Shown here piece after piece: positions 23,252-35,200 of a DNA stretch of 64,000 bases. Location of the stretch: the NCBI GenBank assembly GCA_051942205.1, contig JAVECO010000088.1:1-64000 (forward strand), in the 5' to 3' direction. The notes beneath the pieces are model-generated. The model ran no database searches. It worked only from the letters and a program-made list of their open reading frames with translations, and had not been told where the DNA came from. The position numbers were made by a program, and so were the translations under genes. The stretch is from Coniocarpon cinnabarinum (Eukaryota). Numbering within the stretch: position 1 is the first letter of the stretch; each line of letters opens with the position of its first letter.

Positions 23252-23903
23252 ATGGCTCTCGATCAAGATTTCGTGAACGAGAAACCTTTTCATGCCCGCG
23301 TCATACCGCTTGTCGAAAAATGTCTCCGTGCAATGGGACATTTGACTCGCGATCGTCGACTCTTCCAGAAGGGCGATCTTCACCAAATCCAACTCATTCT
23401 TCTAGCTTTGAGACTGTCATGCTGGGCTCAAGCCTGGCATGATGATATCTGCCTTACTTGTCATTGGTTTCTACCCTCCGACATTTCTTGCCGAAAAGTG
23501 ATGGACGTCGACGCGGCAGAGGCTCGCCTAGAAGGCATTGTAGGTCTTTGTCACGATTTTGGATCGACTACAGAGCAGTTACAAGCCACGCATGGAATCA
23601 CGGAGCTATCACGAGTACCTCCGCAAGGAAAGTTGACTCGAGTCGAGATTTTAGAGATGCTGGACGCGTCTCATCTCGGAAGCATTCATGCAAAGATCGT
23701 GGGACCCCTAAAAGGATTGGCATCCTTTAGTTCAGACCATCAGCGTTGAGTTGTCGCAGTTGTCGCAATGTGCAGAATCAAGGTACTGGGCTCTTCTGCG
23801 CATCTACCAAAATTTCCTTCTTCTTCTGAATGTCCGACCATCACAGCAGCGGGGGCAAAAAGTATGCGACATATCGACTGAGGGGACGACCGATCCATGG
23901 TAA
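23252..23903 (+). pseudogene. Frameshifted/truncated HeLo-like gene (paralog of 27735-28646)
   Basis: VIPLVEKCLR...LALRLSCWAQAWHDDICLTCH matches the 27735 protein. Similarity resumes in another frame after ~23712 (DWHPLVQTISVELSQLSQ...LLRIYQNFL versus NWQQMIDALKGELLQLSQ...LLQAYKGFL) and stops at TAA 23901-23903 before any amyloid motif. Confidence 0.75.
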
Positions 23904-24836
23904 TAACAACTTGCGGAGTCCTATAGGTAGTAAGTAGAAATGACGGGTCATCCAATAAGCTTTTGATTGGTTGAGTCGACATTGACGGCTGCATTGGAGC
24001 CAGCGGAATATTCTCCGAGATCCAAAGGTCTCACCACATCAAAGATCATGCAGGTACGCGAGAACGTGGAGCTGTCAGGCACATGGCGGGAGCTCACCCG
24101 ATCGTGTGGCGAAGCAGACATAATGGAGTGGCTATGCAACCGGGACGTTAGGGTCTAACGCCTGCGTGCTTTACTGTGGGGTTTAGTGGGTGCCTTCTTA
24201 AATCAGAGCCCTCAATAGCCTTGAGACAGGGTAGTGGTGGAAAGCATCGGCGCAGAAGCCATTGTTTAGAGTAAAGGAGGTTCCCTCGTATCGAAAGAGA
24301 AAGGGGCCACAACGTGTTGTGGGTGCAGTGCGGTATAAAGATGTCTGTTCCAGCAGCTAGCGTCAATCTTTATAGGGAGAGGCAGCACGGTGTCTGTGCC
24401 TGTGCGTCGTTTGGATTCTATGCGGACCGACTTACTGGGGCAAAGAAGACGCGCAGGGCTTTTGTGACGGGATATATGTGCGACAAGAATCACGTCGACA
24501 TTCTCGGAGAAGAGCAGTTGCTGCAATGCATTTCGGTCCTTAGTGAGGCAAAGAGGGCGTTGGCCGGTATGCTGATAGCTTTGTACCTTGAATTTTCGTT
24601 ATGCTAGAGGCTCATTACCCAGACTGACGATTCCGCACTCGCGGAGGACAAGGCGCAAGATCCCTCAAAAACTTTTGTCTATGACCCGGTGATATGGTGA
24701 CGCAAAATGACAACCCTCATGTGACTCGTGCTCTTAGCATAAGACCGGCTGCGAAAGAGATTGATCCTCTCCGACCTTCGCTCTAGTCGATCATGCCGCG
24801 CCGTGTTTAGGCTCTCTGATCTGATGCTTGCTCTTG

Positions 24837-25374
24837 CTATTCACTCTTTTCGGAATTCTGCTCGGCGCGAATGGCCCCCAACACATATTGATCACGACGC
24901 CAGTCATCCGGACGGAAGTCATCGAGGGGTGGAATGGCTCCCGCGCTGCGTGCTTCGAGTAGGCGTGGGACGACGGGGGTGCCGGCGGTATTGGTGTTGG
25001 CGTTTGCTGTCGGTGGTGGTGGGGGCTGAGCGGCACCCATACTAAATGATGATGGGTCAGTAAAATCTCAACGGGCTAGCGAAGCTGGGCATCTCGTAAC
25101 GGCTAATGTGTGTGTTGCTGGATGCCTTGAGGAGCAAATAAACACTGGCGAGGAGGATGTCTCCGCCGGGTGAGTGGGAGACCGCAAGGCTGTTGACGTC
25201 TCGAGGTCGAGTCACTTACGATTGCTGGATGATGGGTGTCGCACCTGCACCAGCGATTGTCACGTGGTTGCCATCGCCGACGATAAAATTGTTGTTATCG
25301 CCGTTGAAATTGTTGGCGTGTTTCTGATCGTATTGGCGACTGGCCGACGTGTCGTTGGGAGCGGTGGACGCCAT
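24837..25374 (-). CDS. Small two-exon protein (~119 aa) with N-terminal Asn/Gly-rich amyloid/RHIM-like motif
   Basis: Exon 25374-25220, intron 25219-25042 (GTAAGT...TACTGAC...TAG) and exon 25041-24837 join two short ORFs in frame: MASTAPNDTSASRQYDQKHANNFNGDNNNFIVGDGNHVTIAGAG...SMGAAQPPPPP...DDFRPDDWRRDQYVLGAIRAEQNSEKSE. Confidence 0.65.
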
Positions 25375-27734
25375 GGGATGGGAGCGTGACCGAAGGGGAA
25401 GCGTTTGGCCGTACAATGGAATGGCACAGGACGGCGGAGAGGGAGCGCTGGGTAAAGGGGATCAAGTTGGGTGGGGGGCGAGCCAGGGGACAAGAGACGA
25501 GGAAAGAGTGCAACAGAGGTGCAGACAGTGGGCAAGGAGGCGCCGGGTGTGGTGCGGAGGGAGTCCACACCCAGGCCGGGCACTCGAGAGACGGCCTTGG
25601 GAAGTGTGAGCTGCACGTGCAAGCTCGTACCTGTGGGCCAGGACTGACTGGACTGGACGGAGCCGGTGACGACATGCCCCGAAAGTTCATGGGCCTGCGG
25701 ACTGCATTTGACAGCACGCCAGCGGTGCCGCCATAGCGGTCGCCGGTGTTGAGACTGAGACTGAGCTGTCGAGGGGGCATCAAATGCTGGTGATGGACCG
25801 GAGGAATATTCAAGATGGAAGCCCTGGTGCGATCCATTGAGCGGCAGATCTGCCTAACGCTTAACAGCCCTGACGTACCTTAAACTTTAACGGCCGCGGG
25901 GGGGCTGCGGGCGCTGCGAACCCCATGCGAACCCTCTGCCAGGGCGCCTGCCCCCGCGGATGTGGCCCCAAACGCCGCCCATGACGCTAGCTGGTCCAGA
26001 CGCTGTTGCCTTCTTGCCTGCCTGCATTCTTGCGTTCTTGATTCTTCACGTCCACCTGCACGCACTTGTCGGGTGCGCTTGAACATCGGTCACTTCGACG
26101 TTTTCGCGCGTCTTGCATCGCGAAAGCTGACCTTACCTCGATTGCAGCACGCGTGGCCGCGAAGTTCGCGCGGGGCGGGACCTATCACGGTCCAGCGCAA
26201 CTCTGTTTTCATTTCCGCGCGCCGTCCGCGACTTGTAAGCAACAATATTCTGCCAGGCGCGCAAGCCGCAAGCTGTCCATCGTTCGCAGCCTGCGGTCTG
26301 CAGAACGGCAGTTTGATGAGGCCTACTGGGTGTTGATTTGCTTGACTCTTTGCTCTTTCTCGCGCAATGAAACAGAACGTGGAGCAGAACCCTCGCGCAG
26401 GCTTTGCAAGGGTATAAATTTCGAGAGCGTCCTAGGGCAGAGCTGTGAGGCTTGGATAGTGCTTCATTCTCAGGCGAAGGGGTTGCCAGGCCATATGTGG
26501 GTTTCAAAAGCGCACACGAGTCGAGGTATCCCGCGTTGGTCTGAGAACTGCACTGTGCCTTGCCATTGGCATTCTTGTATCGACTAGCGCAATTCCAACA
26601 CTTTGTCGCCCCTTGCCTGTGCCTCGTGTGAGGCTCACGGGTCGTAATCGCGTTCGCTTATAAGTGTTTTGGGGAAGCTCTAGGCTCATGCGGTCGCTAT
26701 GCCGAGATTCTGGCCCGTCGGTTATCGAAGTTGATTGGTGAGTGCGTCATATCTGCGGAGATGTCTACTGCATCCGGCTACAACTCGGAGGATCACGCAT
26801 ATGCCCTCTAAGGGGTTCGCCGCCAATGAGATTAAGTCAGGGAGTCATACATTCGAGACTGGTTTCGTAAACTACTGTTGAGTGAGCAAGGGAAGTTCTC
26901 TGCAATGAAGCCCATAACTATACCTGGCCGCCTGTGTGTCTCGTGTTGAGGACAGCGATACGTGACGTAAGGTGTAGACTTTGCGCATGCGGACTTCTGA
27001 TAGTCTCATGAAGCATGACAGAGGTGTTGAGAACTTGAGCAAGAAGTGAAGTTGACAAGCGGAGACGTGTTCATGCAGGCTACCAGGTTTGGTGTTGCAC
27101 CAGCATTCCAGCGCACACAATCCCAGACAACTGGCCACCGCTATTGGTACAGCTTCATTCTTGCTTCTCAGACCTTCAACTCCACACTCCTCTTGACATT
27201 GCGTCACTCGCAACATGTTGTACTCTCTTTGTGCACGTGCACAAGAATATGGGTCTAGCCAAAGCACACTCTCGGATATCATGAGGTACTTCTGAGGTAC
27301 AGTCATGGACCCCCGCCGCGATTAGTACATATGCAGATTTCGCCAGAACATGCCGCCCGTGTACCAGCTTGGACCAGCTCCGGCTCCCAAAATCGCTGGC
27401 TCACATCGACTCACGAGGCCACCTTCGAGGAGCTCCAACCAATGGCTATGTGCCACTTACCTGCGCACGACGAGCCGGTGGTCTTCGTCAAATCGCGGCC
27501 CTCGCAGGATTCAGGGCGACTGCTCCTCTGTCAGGATTGGTCGGTATATTAAGACTCCTACACCGAATGTCGCGCATCGAGGGAAGGCAGATTTTCAGTG
27601 GTTGTACCAGTTCTGAGGCTGATCATAACAATCTAGTGTATTTAAGCTGCCCCTGATGGCTCTCCCATGGGAGCATCGTGTCAGGACTCCAATCACGGAA
27701 ATATCTTCTACACAAGACTTGTTGTCGCAACAGA

Positions 27735-28646
27735 ATGTCATCAGCGGAAGATGAGAAGGGCACCAATCAATCCTTTGACAGTATTGTACCTCTCATAGAG
27801 AAATGCCTTCGCTCGATTGCAGGTATTAGTCGCAACCCACAATTGGTCCACAACGGGGACCCTTTCCAGGTTAAGATCTACATTCTCGCAGTCCGACTCT
27901 CGTGCTGGGCTCAGGCGTGGCACGACAATTTGTGCTCAACATGTCATTCTTTCATTCCCCACTCCAGCCAGACGCATGTACATTTGAACGTCTCCGCAGC
28001 CCACGGAATCCTCCAGCGCATAGAACGACAATGTCAGGACTTTCAGCCAACGAGTGCCCAGAGAGCGGCCAACCCATCTCAACAGCATGCTCAAGAGAAG
28101 AATGACGGGCTCTCAATAGACGATCAGCGCAAGCTTTCCAAAGACGAATTCTTACAAATGTTGAGCGCGTATGAGTTGGGAGGCGAGACAGCCATGGCTC
28201 CTGAATTGAGCGAGAATTGGCAGCAGATGATCGATGCATTAAAGGGAGAATTACTGCAGCTATCTCAGCGTGCGGGACCATGTCCAGAAGTGCTGTTGCA
28301 GGCCTACAAGGGATTCCTCGCGGACATGCCTTCTTTGGAGCACCGTCAGAAGCTCTATGTCCTTTGCAAGGCGGGAATTGACCAATATCTCTGGGGCTTA
28401 GTAGCGCCAAAGAGGGAATTGACGACTTCAGAGAACTTGGCGAGGAGCCCAAACAACTTTAATAACATTGAGGTTAGGGATTCTACCGACGCGATTTTTG
28501 GTGATCAAACAGAGGTTGACTTGCACTCTTCAGGGGGACTCCAGCTTGGAATAAACAATGCCCAATACAATTACTGCTCAGTCAGGAATAGTATCGCCGT
28601 TTTTGGGAACGCCAACATCTCTCATGCGTACAGACCAACTCATTAA
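27735..28646 (+). CDS. Divergent HeLo-like domain protein with C-terminal two-repeat HET-s-like amyloid motif
   Basis: LAVRLSCWAQAW resembles the HeLo RLSRWG motif. The body is helical and the C-terminal pseudo-repeats are NNFNNIEVRDSTDAIFGD and NAQYNYCSVRNSIAVFGN. Confidence 0.65.
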   Translation: MSSAEDEKGTNQSFDSIVPLIEKCLRSIAGISRNPQLVHNGDPFQVKIYILAVRLSCWAQAWHDNLCSTCHSFIPHSSQTHVHLNVSAAHGILQRIERQCQDFQPTSAQRAANPSQQHAQEKNDGLSIDDQRKLSKDEFLQMLSAYELGGETAMAPELSENWQQMIDALKGELLQLSQRAGPCPEVLLQAYKGFLADMPSLEHRQKLYVLCKAGIDQYLWGLVAPKRELTTSENLARSPNNFNNIEVRDSTDAIFGDQTEVDLHSSGGLQLGINNAQYNYCSVRNSIAVFGNANISHAYRPTH

Positions 28647-30005
28647 TAATGGCGGTGTCGGCGCATCTAAGAAGCTCATCGAAAACATATCAGTGATCAT
28701 GCTCAATGCCATTTAATGTCTGAGGCTCGATTAAACGTTGATAACGTGCATTTGAATACAAAAGGAGTTGATCTAAGATGGTCTCCAAGGGTTACTTGAT
28801 TAATACTTTCCAAGTCTGATTGCAAGGGCTACAACTTCTTCGGTTCAGCAATGCATCAAGGCGAGGCAGCGATTTTGAAATCCACACGGGCGGTCCTGCC
28901 GCGGATGCGTCGCTAGCGCCTGGCGAATTCGACACAAGAAGGACAAGGGGGTGTCTGGAGGGCATACCAGAAAGGGGAAGAGACGTATTGCATTTACGCG
29001 TATTTGCCGTCAGAATAAAGAAAGGTACGCAATCTTCTCTTCAAGAGTCCTGAAGTCTGTTGCTGCAAATTTTGCACATTTGCATTCGCGATAGCAGGTG
29101 CGGGGCATGATACATCCAAACAACAGGTGGCGACATGGAGCGCTAGTCATGCAGAGGGACTGACGCCATCCTGGAACCGGGTCGGCGCTTAGGGCACCAT
29201 CCGTCTCGGTTCCGCCCAACATTAGCGCTCCAGAGCCTGCATGTAGATTAGGTAGAGTTTGATGTCTTGAGCTTGTCAACTGTGCCAAAGAGGTACAGCT
29301 CGGCTGGGGACCCAGAAGCATGACATCAGACCCAAGAATTTGGGCCGCTCATGTGTATTGTTGTTTGTTCGCTGGCTAATCACTGATGGAGGCGAGCATG
29401 GGCAATACTGGACATGATGCGGCTCTGTCCGATGTTGATTGAAACACACCGCCACTGCATTTGTCGGACAGATGGCGAATACGGTCAGGCCCCTACTCAA
29501 AGTTCAGGCTGCATATCGAGTCATGTTTCAGGGCGTAGCAGCTGAAGCTTCGCCTGCAGCGTTGCCTCGTAGGTAGCCTTGTGTAGGTCGGTCTGGGACG
29601 TGTCCGACAATGACACAGGCAGGAAATCGACGACGACCTATGTACTGGCTAATGAAGGCGCATTACGCTCAATGTGTCTGCAGCTTGCGGCATCTTCTCT
29701 CTAGTGTGGCACGACACCCTATACACAAAGGCAGTCTTTGGCTGTGCCGGGTGTGACTGACGTGCATTGGCATCACACAATTCGGCAGGAGGTTACTCAT
29801 CTGGAGGCTGTGTCCACGCCCGACAACTCTCACCGATAGTAGTGGGATGCGCAGGCAGACTTGCTGACGGTACAATGTTGCCTGTCGAATTCATTATAAG
29901 AATGCCTTACTGATGTTCGCATAGCTGTCGAAGTCCACTGTATGTCACTCCCGCAATACAATCTGGACAATTTCCACACCCCTGGAACTCGGCCACTGAC
30001 AAGCA

Positions 30006-30899
30006 ATGGCAGCGACAGCACAGAGCATCCGCTCAGACTTCCTGCCAAAGACACAGGAACTGTCGCACATGCTATACGATACCCATGTCGCACCTGAGAT
30101 ATCTCTGGATACTAAACCCGCGTCACCCTCCGAGACTCTCCAATTATCTGCCTTGATCTTGTCTTGCTGGGGACAAGCATGGATTCACGAGTATGAACAG
30201 TATTTAAACGCGTCTCATCAAGCTAGCCGAGAAGTTTCGATACTTGAACAGAGATTTGACGAAGCACAAGGCATCTTGGATAGGCTCAACAAGATCGGGA
30301 TCGAAGCTCCCGTGCCTCTTGATGGTGAGCTGCGGAGAGTGCAGAGATTGCTGAATGCTATTACTGACTTTGAGTAAAAAGGTTCCCCGACGAAAAGCGT
30401 GCACCATGACGCTGACAGTCATTTTTTCAAGCCAGACGTTCAAGTCAATAGTGAAAACCGGCGACGTGTTGTCGTCCATACCGCAGAAGAACTAGACAGC
30501 ATTCTGGAGCGCGTCGTAGTTGATCTGCAAACGCTCTCCGACCAGATGCCACCTCCCGCGAGGTATCTCTTTCTGGCATTCGAGAAGGCTGTGTCAGAGA
30601 TCAAGGACAAGAACGATACGAACAGGCTGAACGAATTGAATGATCTGATTTTCGTGGAAAAGGAGCTTCAGGAGGTGCTGAAGGGTCGTGCGCTGAAAGC
30701 TAACCAGAACAATAGTGGACACAGATACCTCAACTTCCTGTTTCACAAATCACGCGTGACCCAAGGCGATGTCGTCCATCCAGATTGGAAGGGCGAGGAA
30801 TTGCCAAGAGGGGGGCAGCATCACTATGAGAACTTCAATTTCATCGACTCCACAGGCACTGCTGGAGACGTTTACACAAGCAGGGATCATCGTTTTTAA
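30006..30899 (+). pseudogene. HeLo-like protein with C-terminal two-repeat HRAM-type motif, interrupted by an in-frame TAA (30375-30377)
   Basis: ORFs 30006-30377 and 30399-30899 are in the same frame. LSALILSCWGQAW motif; C-terminus GHRYLNFLFHKSRVTQGD...QHHYENFNFIDSTGTAGDVY. An in-frame intron removing the stop cannot be excluded. Confidence 0.6.
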
Positions 30900-31398
30900 C
30901 TCTTAAATGTGGCTTCAGATCGGGGCATATTACAGCGGACAAGCTGGAGAGAGCACTGTATTACCTATTATCTCGTTTCGCTGCACAACTTTTGGTACAA
31001 GCAATGACAATGACACGTTGAACACTAGACGATTGCTGAAACCAAAGCGATGAACTCTACTCGCTTGTATGGTGTACAAGTCCACTTTACATCTCTTGAC
31101 GCTTTCAAAGGCTTGGAGCGGCGTCGGAGACTGAACTGTCTTCGATAGCGAGGTCTTCATATAGCGTTTCCGTTTGTATGCGGAGAGCCTGCAGTCAGAG
31201 TTTCTCAAGCGACAGGATAATTATGACACAAGAGCTAGGCAGACTCATGGCCACAGACGAAGACCACGAGCTTCAAACAAGACTCTTTGATTTGATCTTA
31301 GAGTGAGGTTAATATGAGGCGGTTTTCGTGTGCGACACCGCATCTGTGCGTTGTGTTCATGAAGAGCGCAATCCCGAATTAAATCATCAGAGGCGCAA

Positions 31399-32244
31399 TC
31401 AGCTGCGATTGCGCCTTTCGGGTCCGCCACGAAATCGATTACCAATGACAGGGTTGTAGCCACCAATGACGAACTTATTGAATGATTTTGCTCCGACCAT
31501 TGTCTTCGGATGGGACTCGGGTCCTTCATAGTCATCCCCGACCGTGATATCATCTCCAGAGATCGTAAAATCCACAAAGGTATTCTTTGCAAGTTCTGTT
31601 TCTTTTTCGTCCACGAGAGTGGCGAGTGACCTATCGGTATCACTCGCCGCATCTTTCAGAAGGGACAGTTGGTCCATGGAGCTGATGCAGCTGAGAAGTC
31701 CAGCCCGCTCGTTGTCCAGTGCATCCCGGGGTTCAGGGGGAAAGCAAGTGACCAAATGATGGATCTTCTCCGTGACATTTCGCACCAGCGCATCAAGCTC
31801 TTCGTGCCTGTACAAGACCCATAGCATCCGCGTCCCAATATTGGTCGACTTTGCCCCGCCTCTTATCTGTTCCTCGAGGTGTCGCCGCAGCCTTATTGCA
31901 TTCTGACATGTTCCATAGTATATTGTCGAGATGGTGCCAAGCTGCGACTGAGGATCGATGTTGTTCTCTCTTTCATATGTCCGTGACAAGTCGCGCGCTT
32001 CAGTCAGTGCCTTGTTGATCTCGCTCAGAAAGAAAATACAGGTGGCGTCGGTCTGCAGACGTTCGGTGCCGCAGAGCTGATACCATTTCGCCAGGTTCCA
32101 GCAGGCGAGGTCCAGCTTTATGAGACACGTATCATACTCGGTTTGGAAAGAGGCCGACAAGCGAGCACTGCGAAAGCCGCGGACGCACGTGTCGACGAGT
32201 GAGAGGACTCCGAAGGTGGTTTGAGTCGCGTTGGAAGCATCCAT
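31399..32244 (-). CDS. HET-S-like protein: HeLo domain plus C-terminal prion-forming-domain-like repeats
   Basis: GVLSLVDTCVRGFRSARLSASFQTEYDTCLIKLDLACWNLAKW, WVLYRHEELDALVRNVTEKIHHLVTCFP and LSLLKDAASDTD align by eye with the Podospora HET-S HeLo domain. C-terminal repeats are KNTFVDFTISGDDITVGD and KSFNKFVIGGYNPVIGNRFRGG. Confidence 0.85.
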   Translation of the reverse strand: MDASNATQTTFGVLSLVDTCVRGFRSARLSASFQTEYDTCLIKLDLACWNLAKWYQLCGTERLQTDATCIFFLSEINKALTEARDLSRTYERENNIDPQSQLGTISTIYYGTCQNAIRLRRHLEEQIRGGAKSTNIGTRMLWVLYRHEELDALVRNVTEKIHHLVTCFPPEPRDALDNERAGLLSCISSMDQLSLLKDAASDTDRSLATLVDEKETELAKNTFVDFTISGDDITVGDDYEGPESHPKTMVGAKSFNKFVIGGYNPVIGNRFRGGPERRNRS

Positions 32245-35200
32245 CCCAAACCGAAAACAGACGAAAGCCGAGGAGGGCGAGGAGATTTTGGTCCTACGCA
32301 GGGGTCACAAATGGCCAAAGCGGAGTTTCCGAGGTGTCATGAAGCCTGCCTATGTATTCAATCAGTACGAGGCGAAAGCGCTGAGCTTAGAAATGGGTGG
32401 ATCTTATGCGCTTGTGCGAAGGAGTGGCGTCGGGTGTCAGCATGTCGAGGGGCACAAATGCCTTACAGGCACAAAAGGCGACACGTAACATTCTCGAGAG
32501 TTTGAACTTCGTTGAGATCAATGTGCAGGCAGCGAGGTGGAAATTGGCATTCCAGGGCCATAGCCACATCACACTGCCCCAATGCTGTCCGAGCTACTGG
32601 ATACAAAGCTGCGTTTCGAGCCTGAGACGTCCGCCACTAGGCAATTCCGCCTAATTGGTCAGAACGATTAGGATGATCGAAAGACGTCAAGCACCACAGA
32701 GCCTAGTACCGAGGCGCGCGAGATAAATCTTCAACGCGCGTTTTGATCCACTCATGTTCTTGTCAGCGCGTAATACAAGTATTTCTGAGCCTAGCGAATG
32801 CTTTCACGATCCGGCAAGCGAGTTGCGACATCTCCCGACACAGGAAGTGGCTGGGCATGCCCCAGAGGAGCTTAGCGGGGCGGGACAGCGGCGCTAACGC
32901 TAGCTGCCGCGGAGTTCTTCTGCTCCCGTCCTCTCGATCCTGGTTACATCGCAGAGAGCCCGTGGATCGTGGGAGCGCCTAACCATCCCACAACTTCAGG
33001 CTCTGTTTGGCTTGTTGATAGGCTTTGACACTTGGTATCTCTGGCCGCGAACGTCTTTTGGAAAGCAAGCATATCACCGCTGGTCTTCTTACCTGTAGCG
33101 GCTCCATTGGATGAGCTTTCAGCACTCTTCACAATGCCTACAAGCCCCCAGTGCCACCGCGCTTCAGTGTTTTGCGCGCTCCCAGCTTGACCCATCAACC
33201 CTCTTTTGACTTTGCAGCGGCCATCATCTTCCTGATCATCGAACCACTTGGCGTTTTGAAAGCAGAGAGAAGCAACCGGATGGCTTCTGGCTTTACTGGA
33301 TGGCAGCCGCCTGGGTGGCTACTCGACTATGAGAATGGCTTGACGGCAAGTAGTTCAGGCTGTCTCCGTAACAACGATGCACCAATGAGATGTCAAGTGT
33401 AGAGCACACAGTGAGCGTGCATATGGTCACTTGAAAGGCAGAACCGTTCAAAGAGATAATGCCAAAGACAATCATAACACAACGTCGTTAGTCAATACGC
33501 GAAGAAAGAGGAAGAAATAGCTAGGGTTGTGCGCGAACCATATTTAGAGGAGTTGCAGAGGCTGTATGACATACCTGCTGAAGCAACAGAGGCGTTGGGA
33601 AACCTCATGACCTTGCGCGCCTTCCATGTCACTTCTGACGGGCGGCGTGGGCTTTCTCGTGTTTACATAGCTGTTGCACGCTCGCTAGTCGCCATTGCTG
33701 TCGTACATACGGGTGTCATGTTCAGTAGCTCCCCAAAGTTTCATGTGGGTTGCCTTGCATGCAGTTGACCGCCTACTGCTAATACACGGGCTGGTATAAA
33801 TGTTTCTACGCCGGAGCGTGTACCGGAGCACATCTTGCAAAACATAGCGGCAGCAAGACCGCGAGATGCTGGGTCAGTGGATATCCCTGACTCTACTGAC
33901 GGCCTGTACCGCAGAAGAGTGCAAAATGGCTATCGATCGGTCACAGCGCGGCGCATCCAAGATGTTCCTGAAAGTGTTGTTCTTGGAAACTTTACTACAC
34001 CCTCGAGTGCAAGAATCTTTAGCGAAGGGAGATACAGAGCACCGACCGCCAACAGACAGACAACCATAGATCGGGAGGTGCACCAGCGGACACAACATTA
34101 CCAAAGCTTCACGACTGTCATGTACCACGAGTCCTCTACATTCATCCTCGTCTGACCAAATTCAACCAGCGATTTTCCAGTTGTTGGCAGTAAGTTCACT
34201 TCTCATGTCACATGGAGGTCACTTACTGCAGAACTACGCATAAGTTTACGCATCAAACTTACCAACGTAGTCTTAATGGGAAGATCTGCAGTTGTGGAAT
34301 GGTGCTCATAGAATTTACCCACATGTCATCGAACTTCTACTTACCGCATCACGCCATCAGTGGAGCTTGATCAAATACTGCACTCTCTTCTCAATGGTTT
34401 GCATAATGTGGCACAGCCCTCTGACCTCGTTGAGTAATCTAGCCAGATATTCAATGGAGCCACTTGAAGTCTCAGGGGCCGGAACTCGTTCCATTCAAGA
34501 ACGTTACTTTGGTGGGGTGAGTCTGGAAATGTCAGCCCGTCGGCACGTCAATTCGAATTAAGTTAGATCGATCGGCGGTGCACGCGCATGTGGCATTGGT
34601 CGCCTCATTATGCGCATCGCTAATGGAGCGACGCGCATCTAAGACCAATGACGAAGAACGTTCACAACCAGCAATTCAGGGCAGGTCAAATTTAGCAGCT
34701 GATTGGCTCGCACTCGAGAACAGAGTGGTACGTAGCGATCTTTAGCACAGTGCTGTGTCGACATGGACACTGCCACACGTCACTGAGGCTCAGACTCTTG
34801 GGACACCCAGTATGCGAGTTGGTTTTGCTCCGCGGATACTAATCTCGTTTGCTTTTATCCTAGTCGAAGATGAAGATTTGTCCTTAATCCTTGCACTCGC
34901 TCTGACTGCCACCGGCAGAGCGGTTGCAGCAACGGAGCACCTCTTCTCAGACACACCATCCACCATCTCTTTGGCATCAGACCTTTCGTCATTCTCGTAG
35001 CATTTTGAGCGCGGCCTTGTGGCATCTAGGTCCGCCATTAAGAAGCGCAAAACATACTTTTGATCTTTGAATTTCTAGATGCGGTCAGGTCCTTTGTCAG
35101 CCTAACGACTTGGGCGGTCTAGTCAAGACCAAGATGCCACAATGCGTCATGGGACTCTGCATCAAGAACCGCGAGCTTCGAAATTGTCCGAAACAGAACA

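Noticed and set aside
25890..25960. GC-rich inverted repeat CCGCGGGGG...CCCCCGCGG
   Set aside because: Only about 9 bp in a GC-rich tract, with no target-site duplication or second copy, so it is not supportable as a MITE or structured RNA.
33835..34155. ORF containing NGYRSVTARRIQDVPESVVLGN, loosely HET-s-repeat-like, downstream of a TATAAA
   Set aside because: There is no in-frame ATG upstream of the motif and the spacing deviates from the other motifs; it may be chance or a relic.
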